The notes under the pieces: generated by a model
What the model saw: only the letters and a program-made list of their open reading frames with translations
What the model was told of the DNA's origin: nothing
Databases searched by the model: none
Shown here: positions 25,182-33,021 of the stretch, one piece after another
Numbering within the stretch: position 1 is the stretch's first letter
How the letters are laid out: the number at the start of each line of letters is the position of its first letter
Source of the DNA: an uncultured Actinomycetota bacterium
GTDB lineage: Bacteria; Actinomycetota; Actinomycetes; Mycobacteriales; CADCTP01
Assembly: GCA_963849885.1 (NCBI GenBank)
Contig: CAWKIV010000006.1
Location: forward strand, 653,032-717,031
DNA length: 64,000 nucleotides
Direction: 5' to 3'
Made by a program: the position numbers and the translations under genes

Positions 25182-26648
25182 TTACGCGAGCACCACCGCG
25201 CCGCCGCGCCGCGGGTCGCCGCCGCCGGCCAGCCCGCCGTCCCGCCGCTCGACCGCCTGCACGCCGCCGAAGAACGTGTGCCGGCCCCGGAAGCGGCTGA
25301 CCACGTGCCCGGCCGCGGCCAGCGCGGCGCCGTCCACGCCCGGCTCGATGTGCACCACCGCGTCCTCGGCGTGCAGCCGGGGCGCGTCCACGGCGGCCTG
25401 CACCGGCAGCCCGAGGTCGACCGAGTTGACGATCACCTGGAGCAGCGCGCTGCGGATCCGGCTCGACCCGGCGGAGCCGAGCACCAGCTCGACCTGCCCG
25501 TCCCGGCGGACCACGGTCGGCGCCATCGTCGAGGGCAGCCGGCTGCCCGGCGGGTGGGTGAAGAAGCCGAGCGGGGACAGGTCCTGCTCGCCCAGCATGT
25601 TGTTCAGGTGCAGCCCGGTGCCCGCCACCAGGACCCCCGAGCCCTCGCCGTTCGTGCAGGTGACGGTGGCCGCCCAGCCGGCGCCGTCCAGCACCGAGAT
25701 GTGCGTGGTCGAGCCGACCTTGCTGGACAGGAACGCCGGCCCGAAGCCCTCGGTGGGCAGCCCGGCGAAGAACGCCGCGTCCCGGGCGTCCTGCGCGGTC
25801 TCCATCGCCCGGACCAGGCCCAGCGCGTCCGGCGGCCCGGGGTGGCGGTCCAGCAGCGCCAGCGCGTACGCCAGCAGCACCCCGCCGGCGCTCGGCGGCG
25901 GGTTGGTCACCACCTCGCGGTCCCGGTACGGCATCGTCATCGGCTCCCGCTCGACCACCCGGTACGCGGCCAGGTCGGCCCGGGTGATCAGGCCGCCGGC
26001 GGCCCGTACCGCGTCGGCCACCGCGTGCCCGACCTCGCCGGTGTAGAACGGCGCCGGCCCCTCCGTGCCGAGCCGCTCCAGCGCGTCGCCGAGAGCCAGG
26101 TCGCGCACCACCGAGCCGGCCACCGGCGGCAGGCCGTCGACCAGGTGGGTCGCCGCGGCCACCGGGTCGGAGCGCAGGATCGGGGCCAGCAGCGTGTACA
26201 TCCCGGCCTGCTGCTCGGTCAGCCGCACGCCGTCCCGGGCCAGCCGGGCCGCCGGCGCGGCCAGCTCGGCCAGCGGCACCGTGCCGAAGCGGTCCACCGC
26301 GACGGCCACCCCGGCCGGCACCCCGTACACCGCGCAGGACGCCGCGCCGACCCCGAAGACCTGGAGCACCTCGCCGAAGAACACGTCCGCGGTGCGCAGC
26401 GGGGCCCGGTCGGCCGGGTCGGCGCCGCGCCCCGGCGCCTCGACGAAGAAGTCGAGCAGCACCGGGTCCGCGTCCGGCGGCGAGACCATCAGGTAGCCCC
26501 CGCCGCCCAGCCCGGTCATCATCGGCTCGACCACCACCGAGGTCAGCATCGCGGCCACCGCCGCGTCCACCGCGTTGCCGCCGGCGCGCAGCACCTCGGC
26601 GCCCGCCGCCGCGGTCAGCGGGTGCCCCGCCGCCACCACCCCACCCAC
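25182..26648 (-). CDS. Gamma-glutamyltransferase family protein
   Basis: 488 aa. Contains GGNAVDAAVA and TGLGGGG motifs and the autoprocessing/nucleophile region GSTTHISVLD. Confidence 0.9.
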   Translation of the reverse strand: MGGVVAAGHPLTAAAGAEVLRAGGNAVDAAVAAMLTSVVVEPMMTGLGGGGYLMVSPPDADPVLLDFFVEAPGRGADPADRAPLRTADVFFGEVLQVFGVGAASCAVYGVPAGVAVAVDRFGTVPLAELAAPAARLARDGVRLTEQQAGMYTLLAPILRSDPVAAATHLVDGLPPVAGSVVRDLALGDALERLGTEGPAPFYTGEVGHAVADAVRAAGGLITRADLAAYRVVEREPMTMPYRDREVVTNPPPSAGGVLLAYALALLDRHPGPPDALGLVRAMETAQDARDAAFFAGLPTEGFGPAFLSSKVGSTTHISVLDGAGWAATVTCTNGEGSGVLVAGTGLHLNNMLGEQDLSPLGFFTHPPGSRLPSTMAPTVVRRDGQVELVLGSAGSSRIRSALLQVIVNSVDLGLPVQAAVDAPRLHAEDAVVHIEPGVDGAALAAAGHVVSRFRGRHTFFGGVQAVERRDGGLAGGGDPRRGGAVVLA

Positions 26649-26789
26649 GCCGGGCTCCCTCGCTCGAAAGCCAGGACTCTAACGCGCGCGGCCGACCGGT
26701 CCGGCCCCGGCGGCCCCGGGGCCCCGGCTTGCCCACCGGACGGTTCCCGGGGGACGCTTTGACCAGGTGACGGCGGCGGGACTTCTCTC

Positions 26790-27515
26790 ATGGCGACAGC
26801 GCGGGCGGCGCGACCTCTGTCGACGGCCGAGGCCGTCCTCGTCGCCACGCTCGGATACCTGGTGCTGCTCATCTCGCTCACCGGGGCCCGGATCGCCCGC
26901 GAGAGCGACGCGGAGCCCGTCACCGAGGTGCTCGCGGTGCGACCGGTCGCCCAGGTGCAGCCGGCCGCGGCCGCCCGGGCCGCGCCGGCGCCGACCTGCG
27001 TCGGCCCGACCACGGTGCCGTACTCGTACGCGGCCGCGCCGGGCGTGGTGGAGCCGCTCGCCTTCGGCCCGCCGGTGGAGCCGACCGGGCCGCGCTCGGC
27101 CGCGGCGGTCAACGGCGTGCTGATCCAGCGGCTCTGCGGCGGCCCGACCACGCCGGGCGGGCCGGTGCGCGGGCCGGACCGGCGGCTGTTCGCGGCGATC
27201 GACGCGGCGGTCAACGACCGGGACCCCAACCGGCCGCTCACCCAGGCCCAGTGGGCCGCCGGGGTGGACCAGTTCATCATCCGGGACGGGCTCTTCACCG
27301 ACGCGCAGGTGGTGACCCGGACCGTCCCGGCCGGCGCCCCGACGTTCGGCATGAAGGTGGTGTCCCGGACCCCCGGCGTCGACCCGGTGGTGGTCCGGAC
27401 CCGGATGGCCCGCGCGGACACCAGCCGCTACCTGCTGCTGCCGGTCCGCAGCGCCAGCGGCCGCGTGGTCACCCTCACCCTGCGGCTGCGCTGCGGCTTC
27501 CAGCCGGTCCTCTGA
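26790..27515 (+). CDS. Membrane-anchored hypothetical protein
   Basis: 241 aa with one N-terminal TM helix (AVLVATLGYLVLLISL) and high GC3. No family recognised. Confidence 0.6.
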   Translation: MATARAARPLSTAEAVLVATLGYLVLLISLTGARIARESDAEPVTEVLAVRPVAQVQPAAAARAAPAPTCVGPTTVPYSYAAAPGVVEPLAFGPPVEPTGPRSAAAVNGVLIQRLCGGPTTPGGPVRGPDRRLFAAIDAAVNDRDPNRPLTQAQWAAGVDQFIIRDGLFTDAQVVTRTVPAGAPTFGMKVVSRTPGVDPVVVRTRMARADTSRYLLLPVRSASGRVVTLTLRLRCGFQPVL

Positions 27516-27527
27516 TCCCCGGGCCCC

Positions 27528-27650
27528 GCCGCGAGTGACGGCGGCCCCCCGCGAGTGACGGCGGCCCCCGCGAGTGACGGCGGCTACTGCACGATCACTC
27601 GCGGAAGCCGGACGTCACTCGCGGAAGCCGGACGTCACTCGCGGAGGTGG
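27528..27650. repeat. Inverted tandem-repeat array: 3 x (GCGAGTGACGGCGGCCCC) followed by 3 x (TCACTCGCGGAAGCCGGACG)
   Basis: Left-arm copies read directly at 27531-27550, 27551-27569 and 27570-27584. Right-arm copies are at 27596-27615, 27616-27635 and 27636-27648. CCGCGAGTGACG and CGTCACTCGCGG are reverse complements (12 bp). The array fills the gap between convergent genes ending at 27515 and 27654. Confidence 0.9.
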
Positions 27651-27653
27651 GCG

Positions 27654-28421
27654 CTAGCTCAGCCGGGTCTCGGCGTAGACGGCCATCGCGTCCCGCAGGT
27701 AGGCGACCAGCTCGTCGTTGCCGCCGCCGATGGTGCGGCGGAACCGCTCGTCGTCGACGTACATCCGGCCCAGGCCGTTGTACGCCGCCGCGTCCGGCGT
27801 CCAGAACAGGCTGACCACCTCGTAGTGCAGCTGGACCAGCTCCTGCACCCGCGGGTCGTCCACCGGCACGCCCGCCGCGAGCAGCGGCGCGAGTCCACTG
27901 TGGACGCGCTCGTACCCGGACCTCGCCTTCTCCGCGTCGGCCGGCGACCAGCCCCGGATCCGCTCGTACGACGCGTCGACCGCCTCGTCGCCCCAGCGCT
28001 CCCGCGCCTCCGCCTCGTACGGGTTGTGCTCGAAGCCCTCGAACATCCTCTCCGCGGCCATGTCCCCTCCTTCCTCGATGCTGTCGATGGTGTGTTGCAC
28101 GGTGCGGGCGAGCCGGGCCAGCCGGCCGCGCTCGGCCAGCAGCCACTCGCGGTGCTTGCGCAGCACCGCGACCGTGCTGTCGCGGTCGGACCGGCGCAGC
28201 ACCTCGCCGATCGCGTCGAGGCCCAGCCCGAGCTCGCGCAGCAGCAGGATCCGCTGCAGCCGCAGCAGCTCCGCCCGGCCGTAGTGCCGCCGACCGTCGT
28301 CGGCGACCCGGGCCGGCGGCAGCAGCCCGATCGCGTCGTAGTGGCGCAGCGTCCGCGATGTCACCTTGGACATCCGCGCCACCTCGGCGATCGACCAGCT
28401 CCCGTCCCGCACGACAGCCAC
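27654..28421 (-). CDS. MerR family transcriptional regulator with TipAS-like antibiotic-recognition domain
   Basis: 255 aa. MerR HTH (WSIAEVARMSKVTSRTLRHYDAIGLL) and a C-terminal TipAS-like domain (FEHNPYEAEARERWGD...LHYEVVSLFWTPD...YVDDERF). Confidence 0.9.
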   Translation of the reverse strand: MAVVRDGSWSIAEVARMSKVTSRTLRHYDAIGLLPPARVADDGRRHYGRAELLRLQRILLLRELGLGLDAIGEVLRRSDRDSTVAVLRKHREWLLAERGRLARLARTVQHTIDSIEEGGDMAAERMFEGFEHNPYEAEARERWGDEAVDASYERIRGWSPADAEKARSGYERVHSGLAPLLAAGVPVDDPRVQELVQLHYEVVSLFWTPDAAAYNGLGRMYVDDERFRRTIGGGNDELVAYLRDAMAVYAETRLS

Positions 28422-28454
28422 GGTACGAGTTGACGCTGCGTCAACTACAAGCGT

Positions 28455-29366
28455 TCAGTCGCCGGCGGAGTCCGCGGCCGGGGCCGCGCCCACCGTGACC
28501 CGGCCCTGGTCGGGGCCGAGCCGGAAGAGCACCGGAGTGCAGGTCGCCGTCTGCACGGCCACGATCTCGTAGACCTCGCCCACCGCTGCGACGGCCACCG
28601 CGTCGAGGTCCGACAGGTCGCAGTCCGCACCGAGGCGCTGCTGCAGCTCGGGCCGGTCCTCCTCGTCCACGACGACCGTGACCGGCGTCGGCGTGCGGAC
28701 GGCGACCGGGGCCGTCGGCTGGTCGGGCGGGTTCGCCGCCCAGGCGAAGGCGGCGATCCCGGCGGCGGTGAGGACGGCCGCGGCGAGGATGGCGCGCCGC
28801 GCGGTGCGGTAGGCGTGGCGCAGCAGCGAGAAGCTGGCCCGCTCCAGCACGTGGCGCTGCGTCCCGCTCAGCAGCAGCGCCCAGTGCTGCGCCGCGTCGG
28901 CGGCCTGCTTCTTCGCCGGGTCCGTCGGGTCCTCGGCGTGCGCCCTGTACGTGTCCCGGCGCCCCTCGACGGCGTCCCGGTACGCCTCGTACAGCGCGCC
29001 CACCGACCCGTAGCCGCCGAGGACGACCTTGTCCCCGGCGATCCGGTCCAGCGCGGGGTCACCGTCCGGGCGCTGGGCGAGCCACTTGAGGGTCACGAAG
29101 GTCTTGGTGACCACCGCCCCGGCCGCCCCGATCGCGATCACGACGCCGACGACCGCGACGGCGAGGCCACCGAGGGCCCAGCGCAGCCGCCCGTCCTCGA
29201 GCTCGCCCAGCCCGGTGAGCTGGAGGCCGGCCACCAGGATGGCACCGACCGCGGCGAAGCTCCCGAGAAGCCACTTCGCGGAGTCGCGGATCCGCTCCGC
29301 CGCGGCGGCCAGCGGGGAGGCCGGTGCCGCCGGCTCCTCCTCGGCATTCCCCGGCGCCGAGGCCAC
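28455..29366 (-). CDS. Hypothetical membrane protein (3 predicted TM helices)
   Basis: 303 aa with high GC3. TM helices near WLLGSFAAVGAILVAGL, LGGLAVAVVGVVIAIGAAGAVV and AILAAAVLTAAGIAAFAWAA. No family recognised. Confidence 0.65.
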   Translation of the reverse strand: MASAPGNAEEEPAAPASPLAAAAERIRDSAKWLLGSFAAVGAILVAGLQLTGLGELEDGRLRWALGGLAVAVVGVVIAIGAAGAVVTKTFVTLKWLAQRPDGDPALDRIAGDKVVLGGYGSVGALYEAYRDAVEGRRDTYRAHAEDPTDPAKKQAADAAQHWALLLSGTQRHVLERASFSLLRHAYRTARRAILAAAVLTAAGIAAFAWAANPPDQPTAPVAVRTPTPVTVVVDEEDRPELQQRLGADCDLSDLDAVAVAAVGEVYEIVAVQTATCTPVLFRLGPDQGRVTVGAAPAADSAGD

Positions 29367-29372
29367 CGGGAG

Positions 29373-29801
29373 CTACCGGCCCTCGAGGCGGTCGGTGACC
29401 GCCTCCACCTGGAAGCGCACCGGGCGGCGCTCGGCCCGGGCCGCCTGCAGGCGGTCGACCACCTCCGCCATGTCCAGCGCCACCCCGGTCGGGATGGTGA
29501 TGACCACCGGCCTCGCCCCGGCCACCACCTCGTCCGGCTGTGTGAACAGCTCCCGGTGCAGCACCCGCGGGTTGATCGTGACGGTGTCGACCGTCGCGTA
29601 GGCGACGCCACCGGGATCGAGCTCGATCGGGCCCAGCAGCACCGGGTCGACCGGCGAGGCCTCCGGGTCCGGCGGGACCGCGCCCTCCGGATCATCCGGC
29701 GTCGCCGGCTCGGTGGGCACGCAGGTGAAGCTGACCAGCACCCCGTTCACCGGGATCTTGATCGTCTGACCGCAGGTGCCGAATATCTGCATGCTCGGCA
29801 T
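29373..29801 (-). CDS. Hypothetical protein (about 142 aa)
   Basis: ATG at 29801, with an alternative at 29792. High GC3. The stop lies 6 nt before the start of the membrane protein. No family recognised. Confidence 0.6.
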   Translation of the reverse strand: MPSMQIFGTCGQTIKIPVNGVLVSFTCVPTEPATPDDPEGAVPPDPEASPVDPVLLGPIELDPGGVAYATVDTVTINPRVLHRELFTQPDEVVAGARPVVITIPTGVALDMAEVVDRLQAARAERRPVRFQVEAVTDRLEGR

Positions 29802-29883
29802 TCCGCCCGCCACCGCCGCCCCCCTCGCGTCACGATTGGGGCGCACCGTAGCGCGCCGCCGGCCGGTGGGGGCGGGAACGGGA

Positions 29884-30972
29884 TTAGTCGAGCAGCGGCG
29901 CGTACCCCGGCTTGATCACGTCCACGATCATCGCCAGCCGCTCGTCGAACGGCAGGAACGAGGACTTCATCGCGTTGACCGTGAGCCACTGCAGGTCGGC
30001 CCAGCCGTAGCCGAACGCCTCCACCAGCGCGGCCATCTCCGAGGACATCGAGCAGCCGCTCATCAGCCGGTTGTCGGTGTTGACCGTGACCCGGAAGCTC
30101 AGCCGGCGGAGCAGGCCGATCGGGTGCTCGGCGATCGACTTGGCCGCGCCGGTCTGCACGTTGGACGACGGGCACAGCTCCAGCGGGATCCGCTTGTCCC
30201 GCACGTACGCGGCGAGCCGGCCGAGGTCGACCCGCCCGTCCTCGTGCGCGGTGATGTCGTCGATGATCCGCACGCCGTGGCCGAGCCGGTCGGCCCCGCA
30301 CCACTGGATCGCCTGCCAGATCGACGGCAGCCCGAACGCCTCGCCGGCGTGGATGGTGAAGTGCGCGTTTTCCCGCTGCAGGTATTCGAACGCGTCCAGG
30401 TGCCGGGTCGGCGGGTGCCCGGCCTCCGCGCCGGCGATGTCGAAGCCGACCACCCCGCGATCCCGGAACCGGATGGCCAGCTCGGCGATCTCCATCGACC
30501 GGGCGTTGTGCCGCATCGCGGTGAGCAGCGCGCCGACCCGGATCCGGTGCCCGGCCGCGGCCGCGGTCGCCGAGCCCGCGGCGAAGCCGGCCAGCACCGC
30601 CTCCACCACCGAGTCCAGGTCGAGGCCCTCCTCGACGTGCAGCTCGGGGGCGAACCGGACCTCCGCGTAGACCACGCCGTCCGCGGCCAGGTCCTCGGCG
30701 CACTCGGCCGCCACCCGGTGCAGCGCGGTCGAGCTCTGCATCACCCCGACCGTGTGCGCGAAGGTCTCCAGGTAGCGCTCCAGCGAGCCGGAGTCGGCGG
30801 CGTCCCGGAACCAGGCGCCCAGCCCGGCCGGGTCGGTGCTGGGGAGGTCCGCATAGCCGGACTCGCGGGCCAGGTCGACCACCGTCGCCGGCCGCAACCC
30901 GCCGTCGAGGTGGTCGTGGAGCAGCACCTTGGGCGCGCGGAGCAGGGACTCGGCAGTGATCGGGGTCGGCAT
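29884..30972 (-). CDS. add: Adenosine deaminase
   Basis: 362 aa. Contains the [31 protein letters not shown] and NTDNRLMS metal/catalytic motifs. Confidence 0.95.
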   Translation of the reverse strand: MPTPITAESLLRAPKVLLHDHLDGGLRPATVVDLARESGYADLPSTDPAGLGAWFRDAADSGSLERYLETFAHTVGVMQSSTALHRVAAECAEDLAADGVVYAEVRFAPELHVEEGLDLDSVVEAVLAGFAAGSATAAAAGHRIRVGALLTAMRHNARSMEIAELAIRFRDRGVVGFDIAGAEAGHPPTRHLDAFEYLQRENAHFTIHAGEAFGLPSIWQAIQWCGADRLGHGVRIIDDITAHEDGRVDLGRLAAYVRDKRIPLELCPSSNVQTGAAKSIAEHPIGLLRRLSFRVTVNTDNRLMSGCSMSSEMAALVEAFGYGWADLQWLTVNAMKSSFLPFDERLAMIVDVIKPGYAPLLD

Positions 30973-31089
30973 GACGAGACTTTACCGGGCGCGGGCGTCT
31001 TACGGGGGGTGGTGGCGTGGACGCCCGGGGTGGCCTAGGCTACCGCCGCGAAACGTACTATTCGGTCTTATGCGGCAGGGGGCGGGCCG

Positions 31090-31422
31090 GTGGCAGGGTC
31101 GGGCTTCGACGTCGTGCCGGAGCAGGTCCGGGAGGTCGGGCAGGCCGCGGTCCGGCTGTCCCAGGACCTCGGCTCGATCGTGTCCGCGGGCGCGGCGACC
31201 ATCAAGCTGGCCGGCTCCGGCAACGCCGGCTTCCTCACCACCCCGGCGATGGCGGCGCTGACCGCCGCCCACCTCGCCGCGCTCACCACGCTCGGCGACC
31301 AGCTGGACCGGCACGGGCAGGACCTCGCCGGCGCCGCCCAGACCTACCAGGCGGTCGACCGCGACCAGCAGAACGCGGCGATCACCTCGGTGGTGCCGAC
31401 CGACACGTCCTGGCGGTCCTGA
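31090..31422 (+). CDS. EspC/DUF2580-like type VII secretion-associated small protein
   Basis: 110 aa. A helical small protein with the typical ending ...LAGAAQTYQAVDRD and N-terminal FDVVPEQVREVG. The assignment is by pattern memory only. Confidence 0.55.
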   Translation: MAGSGFDVVPEQVREVGQAAVRLSQDLGSIVSAGAATIKLAGSGNAGFLTTPAMAALTAAHLAALTTLGDQLDRHGQDLAGAAQTYQAVDRDQQNAAITSVVPTDTSWRS

Positions 31423-32174
31423 TGCCGTCGTACGCGCAGCTGGTCGCCTGCGACCCGCAGGCGTTCGTGTCCGCCGGGCAGGCCTACCAGCGGATGGCGC
31501 AGGGCTTCGGCCGGGTGCGGGCCGCGTTCCAGCAGGGGATGGCGGTGCTGGACGCCAACTGGGTGGGCGTGGCCAAGGACACCGTGCTCGGCCGCAGCCG
31601 GCACCTCGACGGCGGGCTGGCGGCCGGCGGGCAGGAGGCCGACCAGACCGGGCAGACGCTGGTCACCCTCGGCCAGGCGCTGGCGGCCGCGCAGGCGTCG
31701 CTGCGGACCGCGGTGGCGACCGCGCACGGCGTCGGCCTGGTGGTCACCCCGAGCGGCGACGTCTTCAACCCCAACCCGGTCCACAACCAGGCCGGCAACG
31801 CGATGCTCGGGCCGGTGCGGGCGATGATCGCGGCCGCGGTGGCCGCCGGCACCGCGGCGGACTCGGCCGCGGCCGGCCGGATCGGGGTGCTCGCCGCCGG
31901 CAAGCTGGTCAGCACCTTCGGCTCCGGCGGCTCCGGGTCGGCCGCGGTGGTGCAGCAGGTCGCCGCCGTGGCCACCGGACAGTCGCCTGTGGACGGTCCG
32001 CGGACCGCGGCGGTGATCGCCGCGCGGGTGGCCGCCCAGGCCGACTTCGGCGCGCTCGGGCCGGTGGACCGGCGGGAGATCGACGAGGTGGTCGGCCCGG
32101 TCGGCGTGATCGGCGCCGCCGGCCTCGCCGACTGGCTGGCCCGCCGCCCCCCACCCACCCCCTCCCCCGACTGA
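31422..32174 (+). CDS. WXG100-like N-terminal domain protein (N-terminal module of DUF1023-type T7SS-associated proteins)
   Basis: The ATG overlaps the upstream TGA by 1 nt. Contains WxG (DANWVGVAKD) in a helical hairpin context, then a Gly/Ala-rich region. No recognisable C-terminal enzymatic domain. Confidence 0.55.
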   Translation: MPSYAQLVACDPQAFVSAGQAYQRMAQGFGRVRAAFQQGMAVLDANWVGVAKDTVLGRSRHLDGGLAAGGQEADQTGQTLVTLGQALAAAQASLRTAVATAHGVGLVVTPSGDVFNPNPVHNQAGNAMLGPVRAMIAAAVAAGTAADSAAAGRIGVLAAGKLVSTFGSGGSGSAAVVQQVAAVATGQSPVDGPRTAAVIAARVAAQADFGALGPVDRREIDEVVGPVGVIGAAGLADWLARRPPPTPSPD

Positions 32175-32182
32175 CCCGCCCT

Positions 32183-32400
32183 CCCGAGTGGGCACCCTCC
32201 GCCGAGTCGACGGACGCGCTGGCGCGCGAGTGACGGCGCCGGCGCGCGAATGACGGCGGTGGCGCGCGAGTGACGGCGGTGGCGCGCGAGTGACGGCGCG
32301 CTGGCGCGCGAGTGACGGCGGTGGTGGCGTCACTCGGGCGGTCGGGACGTCACTCGGGCGGTCGGGACGTCACTCGGGCGGTGGCGGCGTCGGGGAGTCA
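32183..32400. repeat. Inverted tandem-repeat array: 5 x (GGCGCGCGAGTGACGGCGGT, 20-23 bp) followed by 3 x (CGTCACTCGGGCGGTCGGGA, 20 bp)
   Basis: Left-arm copies start at 32221, 32241, 32261, 32281 and 32303, with degenerate copies at 32183-32220. Right-arm copies are at 32328-32347, 32348-32367 and 32368-32387. The core CGAGTGACG / CGTCACTCG is self-complementary between arms. The array lies between convergent genes ending at 32174 and 32398. Confidence 0.9.
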
Positions 32401-33021
32401 GTCGGGGCGGAGGATGCCGCGGGCCATGGCGGTGGTGACCGCCGCGGTCCGGTCGCCGACCCCGAGCTTCTCGAAGGTGCGCAGCAGGTGCGTCTTCACC
32501 GTCGCCTCGCTGATCAGCAGCACCCGGCCGATCTCCGCGTTGGACAGCCCGCGCGCGACCTGAGCCAGCACCTCCACCTCGCGCCGGGTCAGCGGGTCGG
32601 CGCCGGCCGACCGCACCCGGGTGACCAGCTTCGCCGCCACCGGCGGCGCCAGCACGGTCTCGCCGCGCGCGGCGGCCCGGACCGCGTCGGCCAGGTCCCG
32701 GCGCGGCGTGTCCTTGAGCAGGTAGCCGGTCGCGCCCGCCTCGACCGCGCGGAGGATGTCCGCGTCGGTGTCGTACGTGGTCACCACCAGCACCCGGGCC
32801 GACCCGGCCGCGGTGATCTGCCCGGTCGCGGCGACGCCGTCCACCCCGGGCATGCGCAGGTCCATCAGCACCACGTCCGGACCCAGCTCGGCGGCCAGCC
32901 GGACCGCGTCCTGCCCGGAGCCGGCCTCGCCCACCACGTCGAGGTCGGGCTCCGCGTCGAGCATGGCCCGCAGGCCCTCCCGTACGACCGGGTGGTCGTC
33001 CACCACCAGCACCCTGATCAC
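32398..33021 (-). CDS. NarL/LuxR-family response regulator
   Basis: The GTG at 33021 overlaps the kinase stop. Receiver domain (VLVVDDHPVVREGL...DVVLMDLRMPGVDG) and LuxR HTH (LTRREVEVLAQVARGLSNAEIGRVLLISEATVKTH). Confidence 0.9.
   Translation of the reverse strand: MIRVLVVDDHPVVREGLRAMLDAEPDLDVVGEAGSGQDAVRLAAELGPDVVLMDLRMPGVDGVAATGQITAAGSARVLVVTTYDTDADILRAVEAGATGYLLKDTPRRDLADAVRAAARGETVLAPPVAAKLVTRVRSAGADPLTRREVEVLAQVARGLSNAEIGRVLLISEATVKTHLLRTFEKLGVGDRTAAVTTAMARGILRPD

Noticed and set aside
24586-26736. A single 716-aa ORF spanning the GNAT and GGT region (a similar case is 1364..2815)
   Set aside because: Only the C-terminal 184 aa (GNAT) look like real protein. The upstream part is an out-of-frame read through the GGT gene, which is encoded in its own frame at 25182..26648.
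27528-27650. Could the 19-20 bp tandem arrays (here and at 32183-32400) be CRISPR arrays?
   Set aside because: The units abut each other with no unique spacers, and the period is only about 20 bp. The second half of each array is the inverse complement of the first half. No cas genes are present.
29884-30972. Adenosine deaminase as part of a RADAR-like or other deaminase defence system
   Set aside because: It has normal housekeeping size (362 aa) and the full canonical Add motif set. No large ATPase partner is present. The nucleoside-salvage genes (cdd, deoA, BMP transporter) elsewhere in the window explain its presence.
31090-32174. A complete ESX / type VII secretion locus
   Set aside because: Only two small substrate-like genes are present. 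No EccB, EccC, EccD or MycP-like genes occur anywhere in the window.
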